A stretch of 64,000 bases of DNA from Candidatus Omnitrophota bacterium (GTDB lineage Bacteria; Omnitrophota; Gorgyraeia; JABMRN01; RBG-13-46-9): positions 11,499 through 75,498 of the forward strand of contig JABMQJ010000007.1 of NCBI GenBank assembly GCA_013203315.1, given 5' to 3'. Numbering within the stretch: position 1 is the stretch's first letter; each line of letters starts with the position of its first letter. The notes beneath the pieces are model-generated. The model made no database searches. It saw only the letters and a list, made by a program, of their open reading frames with translations, and was not told the origin of the DNA. This document shows, in pieces, positions 48,984 through 59,183 of the stretch. The position numbers and the translations under genes were made by a program.

Positions 48984-50285
48984 TTAAATCCTCCTCCCCA
49001 TTCCAATATAAACAAATCCCATCTTTTTCATCCTTCTCGGGTCATACATATTCCGGCCATCAACTATAATCGATCGTTTTAATAGTCTTTTTAACTTCTT
49101 AAAATTGAGCTTTTTAAACTCATCCCATTCTGTAACAACGGCTAAACAATCACTTCCCTTTGCAACAGCGTATGGATCGCTGCAAAATCTCAGTTTCTTA
49201 TTTTTAATTTCTTTTTTCGTGTTTTCCATTGCCTGCGGATCATATACCTTTACAAAAGCTTTTTCGTCCAGTAATCTTTTTATTATACCAAGCGAAGGAG
49301 CGCTCCTTATATCATCCGTATCAGGTTTAAATGAAAGGCCAAGCACACCGATTGTCTTACCCTTGACTCCACCAAGTGATGCATGGATTTTGTTGAAAAA
49401 TACTACCTTCTGCTGTTCGTTGATATCCCCCACATTCTTCAACAATTTAAAGTCATAGCCCAATTTCTTACAGATATGTATAAAAGCGGCGACATCTTTC
49501 GGAAAACATGATCCGCCAAAGCCAATACCGGCATTAAAAAAACTCTCATTTATTCTCTTATCCATCCCAATGCCTTTGGCTACCTCAACCACATCTGCCC
49601 CTGTGCGTTCGCAGATATTACTGATTTCGTTGATAAATGAGATTTTTGTGGCAAGAAATGCGTTTGAGGCATGTTTTACTATTTCCGCACCCTTAATATC
49701 GGTTATGATGATGGGGGCATTAAGTGGTTTATAAAGTTTTGTCATCAATCTTTTCGCTTTTTCCGTTTCAACGCCGACCACAATCCTGTCAGGATGCATG
49801 AAATCCTTTATTGCGGAGCCTTCCCGTAAAAATTCCGGATTACAGGCAATATCAAAGTCCACGCGTTTTTTCTTTAAAAATCTGATTGTATCCTTTACCC
49901 ATTCACCGGTTTTTACCGGAACAGTGCTTTTTTCGACTATAAGCTTATATGACTGCATATGGCGTGCTATTTCGTGGCAGACTTTCTCGATATTCGAAAG
50001 GTCGGCTTCGCCGTTTTTTCGGGCCGGTGTTCCCACGCAAATAAAGATTATCTCGGATTTTTTAATGCTGTCTTTAATATTTGTTGAAAAAGAAATCCTG
50101 CCTTCTTTTATGTTGCGCTTGACCATTTCCGCGAGGCCGGGCTCGTATATGGTAATCTTTCCTTTTTTAAGGGAAATGACCTTTTTAGGGTCGCTGTCTA
50201 CGCAGTAAACACGATTACCCAAGTTCGCAAAACAAGCCCCTGTTACAAGGCCAACATATCCTGTACCGATTATAGTAATCTTCAT
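48984..50285 (-). CDS. ugd: UDP-glucose 6-dehydrogenase
   Basis: IGTGYVGL, IYEPGL, KSTVP, NPEFLREG, K.ASNAFLATKISF.NE, GFGGSCFPKD, DGRN. Start at ATG 50285 after a GGGAG RBS. Confidence 0.93.
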   Translation of the reverse strand: MKITIIGTGYVGLVTGACFANLGNRVYCVDSDPKKVISLKKGKITIYEPGLAEMVKRNIKEGRISFSTNIKDSIKKSEIIFICVGTPARKNGEADLSNIEKVCHEIARHMQSYKLIVEKSTVPVKTGEWVKDTIRFLKKKRVDFDIACNPEFLREGSAIKDFMHPDRIVVGVETEKAKRLMTKLYKPLNAPIIITDIKGAEIVKHASNAFLATKISFINEISNICERTGADVVEVAKGIGMDKRINESFFNAGIGFGGSCFPKDVAAFIHICKKLGYDFKLLKNVGDINEQQKVVFFNKIHASLGGVKGKTIGVLGLSFKPDTDDIRSAPSLGIIKRLLDEKAFVKVYDPQAMENTKKEIKNKKLRFCSDPYAVAKGSDCLAVVTEWDEFKKLNFKKLKRLLKRSIIVDGRNMYDPRRMKKMGFVYIGMGRRI

Positions 50286-50319
50286 TTTCTCTCCCTTTAT
50301 ATGGCTTGATAAGATTATT

Positions 50320-50348
50320 ATTATACCAATAAAGGGGGTCTTTGACAA
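50320..50348 (-). promoter_or_regulatory. Sigma70 promoter at the head of the glycan locus
   Basis: Minus strand TTGTCA (50348-50343), 17 bp, TATAAT (50325-50320), preceded by extended -10 TGG. Confidence 0.72.
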
Positions 50349-50368
50349 CGAAAAATAGAGGAAAAACC

Positions 50369-52537
50369 TTAGCGTTGAATGCCAGGTCGGGCCCTTTGGT
50401 AGGTTGTTCTGAAAAGCCCTATAGGTATCTTTGGGAATGCCTTCAACCTAAATACGAGCCATGTGGTATATTCGTCGCCTCGCTTATTAAAGGTGACTTC
50501 GGCTTCCCAGCAGTGAAGATCTTTAAATACGGTGTATTCCTGCTCTTCCCATTTCTCATTTGAAAAATCAAAACGCTGGTAAACTTTGACTTTCCACTCA
50601 TCGTTAATCCTGTAGAACAATTCTCCGGTAAGCTGGTTTGTCTTGCCTGCATCAGTAGCTTCATACCGTTGTCCCAAACCGAGCGAAAAATCCTTGCTCA
50701 TGTCGATATACACGTCTATGTTAGCGGAATTGAGGTCATTGTCCTTGCTGTCCAGGGTCATGTTGGAATCTATTGAAAGCCCAGGATACGGGTTAACTTC
50801 CAGGTCGAATCTTATGTCGCCGAATTTACCTACCCCCTTAGGCCTGAAGCCCCCCTTTTTCAGCCTGAAGTCATAATTCGTGCTCACGATAAAAGTTGCA
50901 AGATCCACTGTTTTCATGTCACCATTCTCGGATCTTTTGGTCTGGAGTTTGTTTTCCAGTGAAAAATCGAAACCGTTGTGGTATTCAATGTCGTCTATCT
51001 CGTCAAACTGATATAGGTTATCCGGCGATATGGTCGGCTGATGCCTGAAAAGGTACCCGACTGTCGGGGTTACGACGTGGCGCAAGCGGTTTAAGTCCAG
51101 CCCTAAGATATTCGAGTTCACGTCAAAAATGTTGTAGAATTTCGTGCTTAAATCAATGCCTTCTTCGTAAAGGCTCCGAAGTTGCGATTTCACTTTCCAT
51201 CTATTTTGGGAATAAAATGTCTGTCGCGTCGCCATAAAGGGTGTCGCATATAAAAAGTTAAAAAGCTTCGCTGCATAAGAAAGCTTGTAGTAATTATCCA
51301 TTCTCACGCTTTCTTCGCGCGATTGATTGGTGTCATTGTCGTATCGTTTAACAAAGTTTGTCATGGAATTTTTACTAAAATAATAAAAATTGGTATCCCA
51401 AAGCCTTTGATTGTTTATCTCCAGGTTCAGCTCCGGAAGCCTTTCTACGACGGTAAAAAAGTTGTTCATCCTCTTACGCGTGAGAACGTTTATTATATAA
51501 TTCGGTTTTCTTGTTTCCACAAGAATATAGTTGTCGGGATTGGGGTCTTCTTCATACTCGCGGTAAAAATAATCCTTGATAATGTTTCTATCGCTTAGCT
51601 GGTTATACTCCATGGTTAGGTAGGTATCTTCCGGGAGCTCGAGGTTATGCATGAACTGTATTCTCCAACGATCGTCTTTTGATCCGCTGGGATCAATAGC
51701 AAAGTCATCGTTTTCGTGGGCATAATAAAATCTTGCTACACCCGTTCCCAGCTCCTTGGTGTTATACTTGTAGTCGAAGCCTTCGCCAAATCCTTTCTTT
51801 TCCCTGTAATCAATATGTATATTTCCTTTTGCATTTTCGTTAAGATAATATCTCCACGCCGTAAGAGCGTAATATCCCCAGTCGCTGGTCCGTCCGGGCA
51901 CTATGGTAACTTCCGGCCTCTCTTCCCAAAGCGGCTGAACATAATACGGCATAAAAAGAACGGGCAAATTTCCTACGTAAAGGCGAATGTTCCTGGCAAC
52001 TACTTTATCATCAAGAAAAATCCGAACTTCTTTTGCCTGGACCCTGTAATGGGGTTTTTCTAAATCGCAAGTCGTTACGTAGCCTTTTTCTAGCTCGAAT
52101 TCCTTGTCACCTTTTTGCTCCACCCGTTCGGCCTGGCCGTATAAAGGTTTCGCTTTTATCTTGCTATCTATGGCATATCCTCTCTTTGTCGCAAAATTAT
52201 AATGAATCTTCTCGCCCTCCATCGACATGCCTTCCTGGCTGATTTTGACATTCCCTTCGCATATGGCTTCTTTGGTATCCATGTAAACAACGATTTTGTC
52301 GCAGCGAAGTTCTGTTTCGCCGTAATCAACGGAAACGCCTCCGTGGCCCGTAACTTTTTTCTCCTCATGGAAATATTCGACCTTATTCCCTTTAACAATA
52401 ATGGGCTCTTTGGATTTTTTAACGCTATCGAGAATATCTTTCTGGATAGCGTATGTCTGCGACGCAGGAACCTGCGTCAATATAAGGGATAATACAATGG
52501 AGAGGATTATATATTTTCTAATTTTGAACATATTCAC
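50369..52537 (-). CDS. lptD: LPS-assembly protein LptD
   Basis: 722 aa; signal peptide, OstA-like N-domain, TTCDLEKPHY, beta-barrel-like alternating pattern, DLHCW near the C-terminus. Confidence 0.82.
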   Translation of the reverse strand: MNMFKIRKYIILSIVLSLILTQVPASQTYAIQKDILDSVKKSKEPIIVKGNKVEYFHEEKKVTGHGGVSVDYGETELRCDKIVVYMDTKEAICEGNVKISQEGMSMEGEKIHYNFATKRGYAIDSKIKAKPLYGQAERVEQKGDKEFELEKGYVTTCDLEKPHYRVQAKEVRIFLDDKVVARNIRLYVGNLPVLFMPYYVQPLWEERPEVTIVPGRTSDWGYYALTAWRYYLNENAKGNIHIDYREKKGFGEGFDYKYNTKELGTGVARFYYAHENDDFAIDPSGSKDDRWRIQFMHNLELPEDTYLTMEYNQLSDRNIIKDYFYREYEEDPNPDNYILVETRKPNYIINVLTRKRMNNFFTVVERLPELNLEINNQRLWDTNFYYFSKNSMTNFVKRYDNDTNQSREESVRMDNYYKLSYAAKLFNFLYATPFMATRQTFYSQNRWKVKSQLRSLYEEGIDLSTKFYNIFDVNSNILGLDLNRLRHVVTPTVGYLFRHQPTISPDNLYQFDEIDDIEYHNGFDFSLENKLQTKRSENGDMKTVDLATFIVSTNYDFRLKKGGFRPKGVGKFGDIRFDLEVNPYPGLSIDSNMTLDSKDNDLNSANIDVYIDMSKDFSLGLGQRYEATDAGKTNQLTGELFYRINDEWKVKVYQRFDFSNEKWEEQEYTVFKDLHCWEAEVTFNKRGDEYTTWLVFRLKAFPKIPIGLFRTTYQRARPGIQR

Positions 52538-52553
52538 CGGTTAATTATGCGAC

Positions 52554-52582
52554 AGTATAACATACGTTACCCGGCAAGACAA
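52554..52582 (-). promoter_or_regulatory. Putative sigma70 promoter for lptD
   Basis: Minus strand TTGTCT (52582-52577), 17 bp, TATACT (52559-52554), with extended TG. Confidence 0.5.
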
Positions 52583-53805
52583 GTCTTATCTCTTCCGGTT
52601 TTCTTTGCCTCGTAAAGCGCAAGGTCGGCTTTTTCGATGAGCCCTGCTAATTCCTTAGAATCCTCCGGGAAAGAACTTATACCTAAACTTATGGTTATTG
52701 TTACGGATTCGTCATAAGCCTTTATGGCGTGATCCTCAACCGCTTTTCTGATTCTTTCTCCTACGGCATACGCGCCCTGTTTACTAGTTTCCGGAAGAAG
52801 TATGCAAAATTCTTCTCCGCCATATCTGGCCACAAGATCTATTTCTCTCACACCTTTTTTTAAAATAGCTGCCACATTTTTTAGAACGACGTCTCCGGTG
52901 AGATGCCCGAAATTATCATTGCACTTCTTGAAATAATCCAGGTCCGCCATGATAAAAGAGAGATTTGTCTTCGAATGGCTTGCCCTTTCCATTTCTTCTT
53001 TGAGCCTTTTTAGAAAGGATCTGCGCAAGAAGCAACCGGTAAGCCCGTCGGTTACGGAGAGTCTTTCCACTTCGTCGAAAAGGCGCACCCTCTCCATCTC
53101 TAAAGCAATCTGCGGGGCAAGTATTAAAAATTTGTCATATTCTTCTTTTTGAATATCCTCGGCTAAAATTACAGAAATTACATTTTTCTGCACGACTAGC
53201 GGCAGGGCTAATATATTATTTATCTTTAAGTCGAATCCGTATTTTAAAAGACTGTCTTTTTCTTCAAGGAACAAAGGTTTTCTTGATTTTGCAACAACCC
53301 CGGTTAAAGCGCTAATTGTTTTATCCGGCGCTACAAAACCGGATGACTTCGCCCCTATTTCATAAGCCTTATCAATCGATGCTTGATTATCTTTGCGTGT
53401 CAATAAAACGGTAGTAAATTTTTTAAATCGGAAGTTATCTTCTAGAAAGTTTTTTAACGAGCCAAATAGCTCACTCAATCTTATATCAGAAGACATCTCC
53501 TTTGTCACGGTGTAGAGCCTTGAAAGGTTCGTAAGTTTTTTTTCTAAATATGCCCTCTCGCGTTTTACGTTTTCCAGGTTACCTGTTAAAAGACTACGCT
53601 CCCCATTTCTTTTATCTAATTTATCTTCGAGTGCCGTTATTTCTTCTCTTCCCACATCACTTCCAAGCCGGATAAAAATCGGTAAAAGCCATATGAGGCC
53701 TATGAAAAAAATTATATTGTTTGTGCTTACTTTGTAAAAATGCGAGGTCGCAATCGTTGCTGCCGTTGCTAACACAAGTATTAAAAGATATCTTATTTCG
53801 CGCAT
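52567..53805 (-). CDS. Membrane-anchored GAF-like/GGDEF diguanylate cyclase
   Basis: 2 TM, coiled coil, TDGLTG, DLDYFK.CND.FGH.TGD, I-site REID, RYGGEEF. Confidence 0.9.
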   Translation of the reverse strand: MREIRYLLILVLATAATIATSHFYKVSTNNIIFFIGLIWLLPIFIRLGSDVGREEITALEDKLDKRNGERSLLTGNLENVKRERAYLEKKLTNLSRLYTVTKEMSSDIRLSELFGSLKNFLEDNFRFKKFTTVLLTRKDNQASIDKAYEIGAKSSGFVAPDKTISALTGVVAKSRKPLFLEEKDSLLKYGFDLKINNILALPLVVQKNVISVILAEDIQKEEYDKFLILAPQIALEMERVRLFDEVERLSVTDGLTGCFLRRSFLKRLKEEMERASHSKTNLSFIMADLDYFKKCNDNFGHLTGDVVLKNVAAILKKGVREIDLVARYGGEEFCILLPETSKQGAYAVGERIRKAVEDHAIKAYDESVTITISLGISSFPEDSKELAGLIEKADLALYEAKKTGRDKTCLAG

Positions 53806-55211
53806 ACCCTGTTTCTTCCTTTTTGCTTTGCCCTATAAAGTCGCGAATCGGCCAAGGTCAAAAGTTCTTCATGTGTTTTCTTTTCCGACGGGCAAGCTGC
53901 GATTCCGATGGAAACGGTTATTTTTGTTTTTTCTTGTCTCAAAACAAGCGGTGTCTGGTTCACTTTCTTTCTTATGTTTTCTGCGATTTCGTAGGCGGCA
54001 TCTTTTTTGCTATCTAACAAAAGAAGCGCGAATTCTTCCCCGCCATACCGGCAAAGGATGTCGTCAGGACGGGCAAAGGATTCAAGTATCGAGGAAACGC
54101 GTTTCAGCGCAAGGTCCCCCGCATTGTGGCCATAGGCATCGTTATAAGCCTTGAAGTGGTCCAAGTCCAGCGTTAACACAGAAAAATCTTTACCGGATTG
54201 CTCGGACCTTTTTGACTCCTGGGTAAGCCTTTCAACAAAATAATTATGCACATAAAGCCCTGTCAGGCCGTCATGGAGAGCAAGGTTTTGCACTTTCTTA
54301 TAAAGGGCGGCGTTTTGGAGAGAGATACTTGAAAGATCCGCTACAATATTCAGAAGCCGGAGATCTGATTGTGTAAATTTTCTGCGCACAGCACTTCCGA
54401 TACGCAATACACCGATAATTTTTTGTTCACTTGTAAGTGGCATGCTGATTATCGAGGCGGAACCTTCGTCAAGTTTTTCTTTTACGGAAAATCTGAAGTC
54501 ATTCTGGGTATCTCCTACCAAAAGCGGCATTCTGTGTTTCAGAATCCAGCGATCGAATATGTCACCTTTTTTTGCTTTTACAGCGCCGCCCGTTTTCTTT
54601 TTTGACCGCGCAAGCGCTAGCTCCTGCTTCTCAGTATCAACCAGGTAAAGCAACACCCGATCCGCCTCACTAAACAGCTCGAAAGTATCTTTTGTTATAG
54701 AATCTAAAATTTCTTCTTCGGAAAGAGTCTGACCGTAGTCTTCGATTACGTTCTTTAAGTATGTGATTTTCTTTAAGCTGTCCCTCATCCTCAAATTATC
54801 TTTTTCTGCGGATACAATCGCATCTTTCAGCACGTTGAATTCCATGTAGGACTTTTCCATATCAACCTCCAGGCGCTTTTTTTCGACCGCAAGTGAGGCG
54901 TTTAGCCGGTAACCTACAAAGCTTGTTACGGTAAAAGAAATAACCGGAAAAATAAAAATGCCGTTTTTAAAGGAGATTGCTATAAAAAGGCTGGTCAAAA
55001 GTGTGGCCGGAAACGCGAAAGCAGCGCTCGATAAAAGCCAGATAAAAAGAATAGGAATATTAAAATAGAGAAGTAAAATTCTAATGGTCTCCTGGAAGCG
55101 AAGCTCGTCTAAGTTAAACGTTGTTTTTAGGTATTTGACAAGAAAGAGAAGAAAGATCCATGTGAAGAGCGAAGCAACACTTATCGAAGTTTTAAGTTTC
55201 GCGTGGCCCAT
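53793..55211 (-). CDS. Membrane-anchored GAF-GGDEF diguanylate cyclase
   Basis: N-terminal TMs, GAF domain (SIISMPL...IGVLRI...FTQSDLRLL), HDGLTG, DLDHFK.YND.YGH.AGD, I-site RPDD, RYGGEEF. Confidence 0.9.
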   Translation of the reverse strand: MGHAKLKTSISVASLFTWIFLLFLVKYLKTTFNLDELRFQETIRILLLYFNIPILFIWLLSSAAFAFPATLLTSLFIAISFKNGIFIFPVISFTVTSFVGYRLNASLAVEKKRLEVDMEKSYMEFNVLKDAIVSAEKDNLRMRDSLKKITYLKNVIEDYGQTLSEEEILDSITKDTFELFSEADRVLLYLVDTEKQELALARSKKKTGGAVKAKKGDIFDRWILKHRMPLLVGDTQNDFRFSVKEKLDEGSASIISMPLTSEQKIIGVLRIGSAVRRKFTQSDLRLLNIVADLSSISLQNAALYKKVQNLALHDGLTGLYVHNYFVERLTQESKRSEQSGKDFSVLTLDLDHFKAYNDAYGHNAGDLALKRVSSILESFARPDDILCRYGGEEFALLLLDSKKDAAYEIAENIRKKVNQTPLVLRQEKTKITVSIGIAACPSEKKTHEELLTLADSRLYRAKQKGRNRVCAK

Positions 55212-55226
55212 AAAAATTGTGGCTTG

Positions 55227-56336
55227 TTAAATAATAGCCTGGCCTGTATCTTTATCGAAGAAGTGGACTTTACTCATATCAAAAACAAGGCTCATATCCT
55301 GGTTCAAGGGGGGGTTATCGTGTCCGCCTACTTTCGCTATAATCGTCCGTTTTCCCGTGGAAAGGTACAAGAATACCTCGCTACCCGTGGGTTCCACTAC
55401 TTCGCACGCCAGTGTTACAGTGTTTTCAGGAGCGGCCTCTGAGGCAAAAAGCTTATCATATATGTCTTCGCTCCGGATACCGAATGTGATCTCTTTATTT
55501 ACGTAAGATTCAAGCTTTGGCATCATTTCATCGACAACCTTTACCTTTACCCTGCCACCGGGTTCGATAAAGAAAAACTTTGAATCTTTCTTTACTATTC
55601 TGCCTTCGACAAAATTCATTGGTGGGCTTCCTATAAAACCGGCGACAAACTTGTTAACCGGTTTATCATAAATGACTGTAGGGGTATCGATTTGCTGAAT
55701 TGCGCCGTCGTTCATGACAACGATCCTGTCCCCCAGGGTCATTGCCTCGGTCTGGTCATGTGTGACATAAATCATCGTAGATTGCAACCTGATGTGGAGC
55801 CTGTTTATCTCGGTCCTCATCTGCACTCTCATCTTGGCATCCAGATTACTCAAGGGCTCGTCAAATAAAAAGGCAAGTGGTTTTCGCACGATAGCCCTGC
55901 CCACTGCCACCCTCTGCCTCTGTCCTCCGGATAGTGCCTGTGGTTTTCTATTTAAAAGCTTGCCAAGGCCGAGGATACCGGCCGCTTCATTGACTCTTTT
56001 ATCGATTTCCGATTTCGGGTATTTTCGCAGTTTAAGGCCGAAGGCCATGTTGTTATAAACATTCATGTGCGGATAAAGCGCGTAGCTCTGGAACACCATC
56101 GCGATGTCCCTGTCTTTAGGAGGGAGCTCGTTAACCATTTTGTTACCGATAAAAACATCCCCGCTTGTAGCGTCCTCAAGGCCTGCTATGATTCTAAGCG
56201 TTGTTGACTTCCCGCAGCCTGATGGCCCCAGGAGCACCATAAATTCCTTGTTTTCAACGCCAAGCGAGACGTTATTAACAGCTACTACGTTGCCGGAAAA
56301 AACCTTAGATACATTTCTTAAGCTAACTTCTGCCAT
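55227..56336 (-). CDS. Carbohydrate ABC transporter ATP-binding subunit (MalK/UgpC/MsmX family)
   Basis: GPSGCGKST, MVFQSYALYPH, LSGGQRQR, FDEPLSNLD, YVTHDQ, FIGSPPMN, TOBE tail. Confidence 0.93.
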   Translation of the reverse strand: MAEVSLRNVSKVFSGNVVAVNNVSLGVENKEFMVLLGPSGCGKSTTLRIIAGLEDATSGDVFIGNKMVNELPPKDRDIAMVFQSYALYPHMNVYNNMAFGLKLRKYPKSEIDKRVNEAAGILGLGKLLNRKPQALSGGQRQRVAVGRAIVRKPLAFLFDEPLSNLDAKMRVQMRTEINRLHIRLQSTMIYVTHDQTEAMTLGDRIVVMNDGAIQQIDTPTVIYDKPVNKFVAGFIGSPPMNFVEGRIVKKDSKFFFIEPGGRVKVKVVDEMMPKLESYVNKEITFGIRSEDIYDKLFASEAAPENTVTLACEVVEPTGSEVFLYLSTGKRTIIAKVGGHDNPPLNQDMSLVFDMSKVHFFDKDTGQAII

Positions 56337-56380
56337 AATAGTGGTTTATTAGATACTATATTTCGTAGATATCGATTATA

Positions 56381-57232
56381 TTACGCCTTATTCGCAAGAT
56401 AGTCCAGTAAGTTGTATAGTGACTCTCGCAAATTTTTGCGGTGCACTATCATATCCACAAGGCCATGCTCCTGTAAAAATTCCGATCTTTGAAAACCCTC
56501 AGGTAATTTTTGTCTTATGGTTTGCTCTATTACGCGCGGCCCGGTAAAGCCTATAAGCGCCTTCGGCTCTGCAACGATTACATCACCAAGGGATGAAAAG
56601 CTTGCCAGCACGCCACCCATCGTAGGATTCGTAACTACGGATATATAAAGTAAATTTTTCTCGGAATGGCGCGCCAGGGCTGCGCTTGTTTTAGCCATCT
56701 GCATCAGCGAAAACACGCCTTCGTACATTCTGGCGCCTCCACCTGACCCGGAAACAATGATAAGCGGTAATTTCTTCTCTGTTGCGAGCTCGGTAATTCT
56801 CGTAATTTTTTCACCTACTACCGATCCCATTGAGCCCATTATAAATCTTGAGTCCGTAAACCCGAATGCGACTTTTTTCTTGTTGATGCGGCCGATACCT
56901 ACAACCGCTGCCTCATTTAAGCCTGTAAGTTTTTGCGCGTCCTTAATTTTTGATGCATAAGACTTGGGCCCTTTGAATTTCAAAATATCTACTGTCTCTA
57001 AGTTATCGTAGTATTCCTCGAATGTCCCTTTATCTAACAGATATTCTATTCTCTTTTCTATTCCTATTATAAAATGAAAATCGCACTTTGGGCATATGCG
57101 CAGGTTCTCTTCCAGCTTTTTGTTGTATATTATTTCACCGCAGCCTGAGCACTTTGTCCAAAGGCCACCGGGTATATCTTTCTTTTTTGAAAGAGTAACT
57201 TTTATGTATTTAGGCTTTCTGAATAACACCAT
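56381..57232 (-). CDS. accD: Acetyl-CoA carboxylase carboxyltransferase beta subunit
   Basis: LWTKCSGC...CPKC Zn finger, FIMGSMGSVVGEK, GGARMYEG..SLMQMAKT, PTMGGV, FQRSEFL..HG. Confidence 0.95.
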   Translation of the reverse strand: MVLFRKPKYIKVTLSKKKDIPGGLWTKCSGCGEIIYNKKLEENLRICPKCDFHFIIGIEKRIEYLLDKGTFEEYYDNLETVDILKFKGPKSYASKIKDAQKLTGLNEAAVVGIGRINKKKVAFGFTDSRFIMGSMGSVVGEKITRITELATEKKLPLIIVSGSGGGARMYEGVFSLMQMAKTSAALARHSEKNLLYISVVTNPTMGGVLASFSSLGDVIVAEPKALIGFTGPRVIEQTIRQKLPEGFQRSEFLQEHGLVDMIVHRKNLRESLYNLLDYLANKA

Positions 57233-57244
57233 GTCAGCACTTCT

Positions 57245-58525
57245 CTAAAACTTGTTAATAACAAGCCCCGTCAGAAGCTTGGGATAAAAATAAGTCGACT
57301 TCTGGGGCATCATTTCACCTTTTTCCGCAATAGCCCTCATATCCGCTACCCTTGTGGGCCGCAGAAAAAAGGCCACCTGATAATCGCCCTTCTCCACAAT
57401 CGAGACTGCGTCCTTCTCGTTCATTATATATTTTACACTGTTTTCGTACTTTTTTATACCTAATACTTTATCCACTATCAAATCGTGCAAAATAGTAACA
57501 TCGAGCTTTTTCAAGGAATAGGTTTTCGGAGAATCTACGAGCTTACGAACGGAGTACATGCCTTTTAGGGTTAAGATGCGGAATTTGTTTTTGCCTGCAT
57601 ACATGCCAAAGGCGTGTTTGTTCTTCGGCGTCTTTTCCAAATACTCTATGCAGCGTTCTACGCTCTTTACGCTTGTTATATAAAAGTATTTTTTCAGTTT
57701 ATTGAGTATTTTCGTTTCATCAAATTGCTCTATATTGTTTATGGCCCTGTGCGTAGAAAGTATGGTGAGATTTTCGCTTTCTCCAAGGCTTGAGAAATAC
57801 ATCATGATGTCCCCGTAGGATTTTTTAAATTGTTTCCGGTTTAACATCATTTTTTTATAAGCGACCGCAACCTCGTACCTGTGATGGCCGTCAGCGATAA
57901 ATATTTTCTTATCACGCATGTGGGATTGAATCTTTTTTATGGCATTCTTCTCGTCCATTTGCCAGAGTTTATGTATAACACCTTCGGCTTCCAGCGTAAA
58001 TAAAGGGTCCCTGGATTTCATAAAATGCTTTAGAATTTTATTGACTTTATTTTGTCTGTCTTTAAACAGTGTAAAAATAGGGCTCAAGTTTGCTTCTGTT
58101 TTTGATATGAGGTTTAGCCTGTCTTCTTTCGGCTTGGCGAGTGTGTATTCATGCGGTAAAACGCCGCTTTTTTTAGGACCTTCGATCTTCATAAGGGCAA
58201 TAAATCCGATGCGTGTCCTTTTTTTGCCTTTGTGCAAATATTCCTGTGTGTAAATATAAATTGACGGATTTTCGTCCTTAACAAAAATATTATTTCGCAT
58301 CCAATTATCGAGTGTTTTTCCCGCGCGCGTGTATCTATTGCTCTTCGGGGTATCCTTTTTGTCTTCTTTTCCTAACGCGAGCCTTATAATATTGAACTGA
58401 TCCCTCCGGTAAAAACTGTCCTGCATGGTCGCGGAAATAACGTCGTATGGCGGGGTAACAACCTTCGCAATGTTAACCTTTTTTCTGTTATACAAAATAC
58501 CCCTGAAGGGTTTTATTTTACCCAT
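57245..58525 (-). CDS. DUF1015 family protein
   Basis: KPFRG, TPPYDVI, PHE.T, IADGHHRY, MPQKSTYFYPK. Confidence 0.88.
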   Translation of the reverse strand: MGKIKPFRGILYNRKKVNIAKVVTPPYDVISATMQDSFYRRDQFNIIRLALGKEDKKDTPKSNRYTRAGKTLDNWMRNNIFVKDENPSIYIYTQEYLHKGKKRTRIGFIALMKIEGPKKSGVLPHEYTLAKPKEDRLNLISKTEANLSPIFTLFKDRQNKVNKILKHFMKSRDPLFTLEAEGVIHKLWQMDEKNAIKKIQSHMRDKKIFIADGHHRYEVAVAYKKMMLNRKQFKKSYGDIMMYFSSLGESENLTILSTHRAINNIEQFDETKILNKLKKYFYITSVKSVERCIEYLEKTPKNKHAFGMYAGKNKFRILTLKGMYSVRKLVDSPKTYSLKKLDVTILHDLIVDKVLGIKKYENSVKYIMNEKDAVSIVEKGDYQVAFFLRPTRVADMRAIAEKGEMMPQKSTYFYPKLLTGLVINKF

Positions 58526-58899
58526 GAGAATTTTTTCATCCTTTTATAGAGTAAAATTCCGAAAACGAATCCTACCCCGTCACTTATCAAATCCTTTACC
58601 TCCAGGAATCTGCCGAAGACAAAATGTTGATGTATTTCGTCGGAGAAAGCAAAGGTAGAAGAAAATAAAACCGCTAAAATAAAAAGGCTGCTTGGTTTGA
58701 AGGCCGGATAGGAAGCTTTCAAGGCCCTCATGCATAATATGCCAAACACGAGGTATTCAAAAAAATGTAGTACGATGTCTGACATGCCCCTCTTGAGAGG
58801 GATCAAGTTCTCTCCGGGAATAGAGGAACCGATAAAAATGCAAAGCATGTAAAAGTAGAAAACTAACCAATAACGTAATATGCGCTCTTTTTTAGTCAT
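58513..58899 (-). CDS. VanZ-family membrane protein
   Basis: D..LHFFEY, DEIHQHFV.GR....DL..D. Confidence 0.82.
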   Translation of the reverse strand: MTKKERILRYWLVFYFYMLCIFIGSSIPGENLIPLKRGMSDIVLHFFEYLVFGILCMRALKASYPAFKPSSLFILAVLFSSTFAFSDEIHQHFVFGRFLEVKDLISDGVGFVFGILLYKRMKKFSWVK

Positions 58900-58913
58900 T
58901 TAGATCCTCGAAT

Positions 58914-59171
58914 CTATTTGTTTGCCGGACAGGATTTGCAGGACTCACTTTTTCCATTAGCCGGACAGGAGCCTTCTGCCGGTTTTTTTTCTTTCTTGTA
59001 ATCAGTGGCGTAAAAACCTTTGCCCTTAAAAATAATTCCCGCGCCGGCGCCTATGAGGCGTTTTACCGCACCTTTGCACTTTGGGCAAACTTTAACCGGT
59101 TCTGCGGTCATGCTTTGAAATAGTTCAAAGCGCTCTTTGCATTTTTTGCAAACGTATTCGTAGGTTGGCAT
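58914..59171 (-). CDS. FmdB-family zinc-ribbon protein
   Basis: MPTYEYVCKKC...CPKC...FKGKGFYATDY. Confidence 0.9.
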   Translation of the reverse strand: MPTYEYVCKKCKERFELFQSMTAEPVKVCPKCKGAVKRLIGAGAGIIFKGKGFYATDYKKEKKPAEGSCPANGKSESCKSCPANK

Positions 59172-59183
59172 ATGTTTCCTCGT

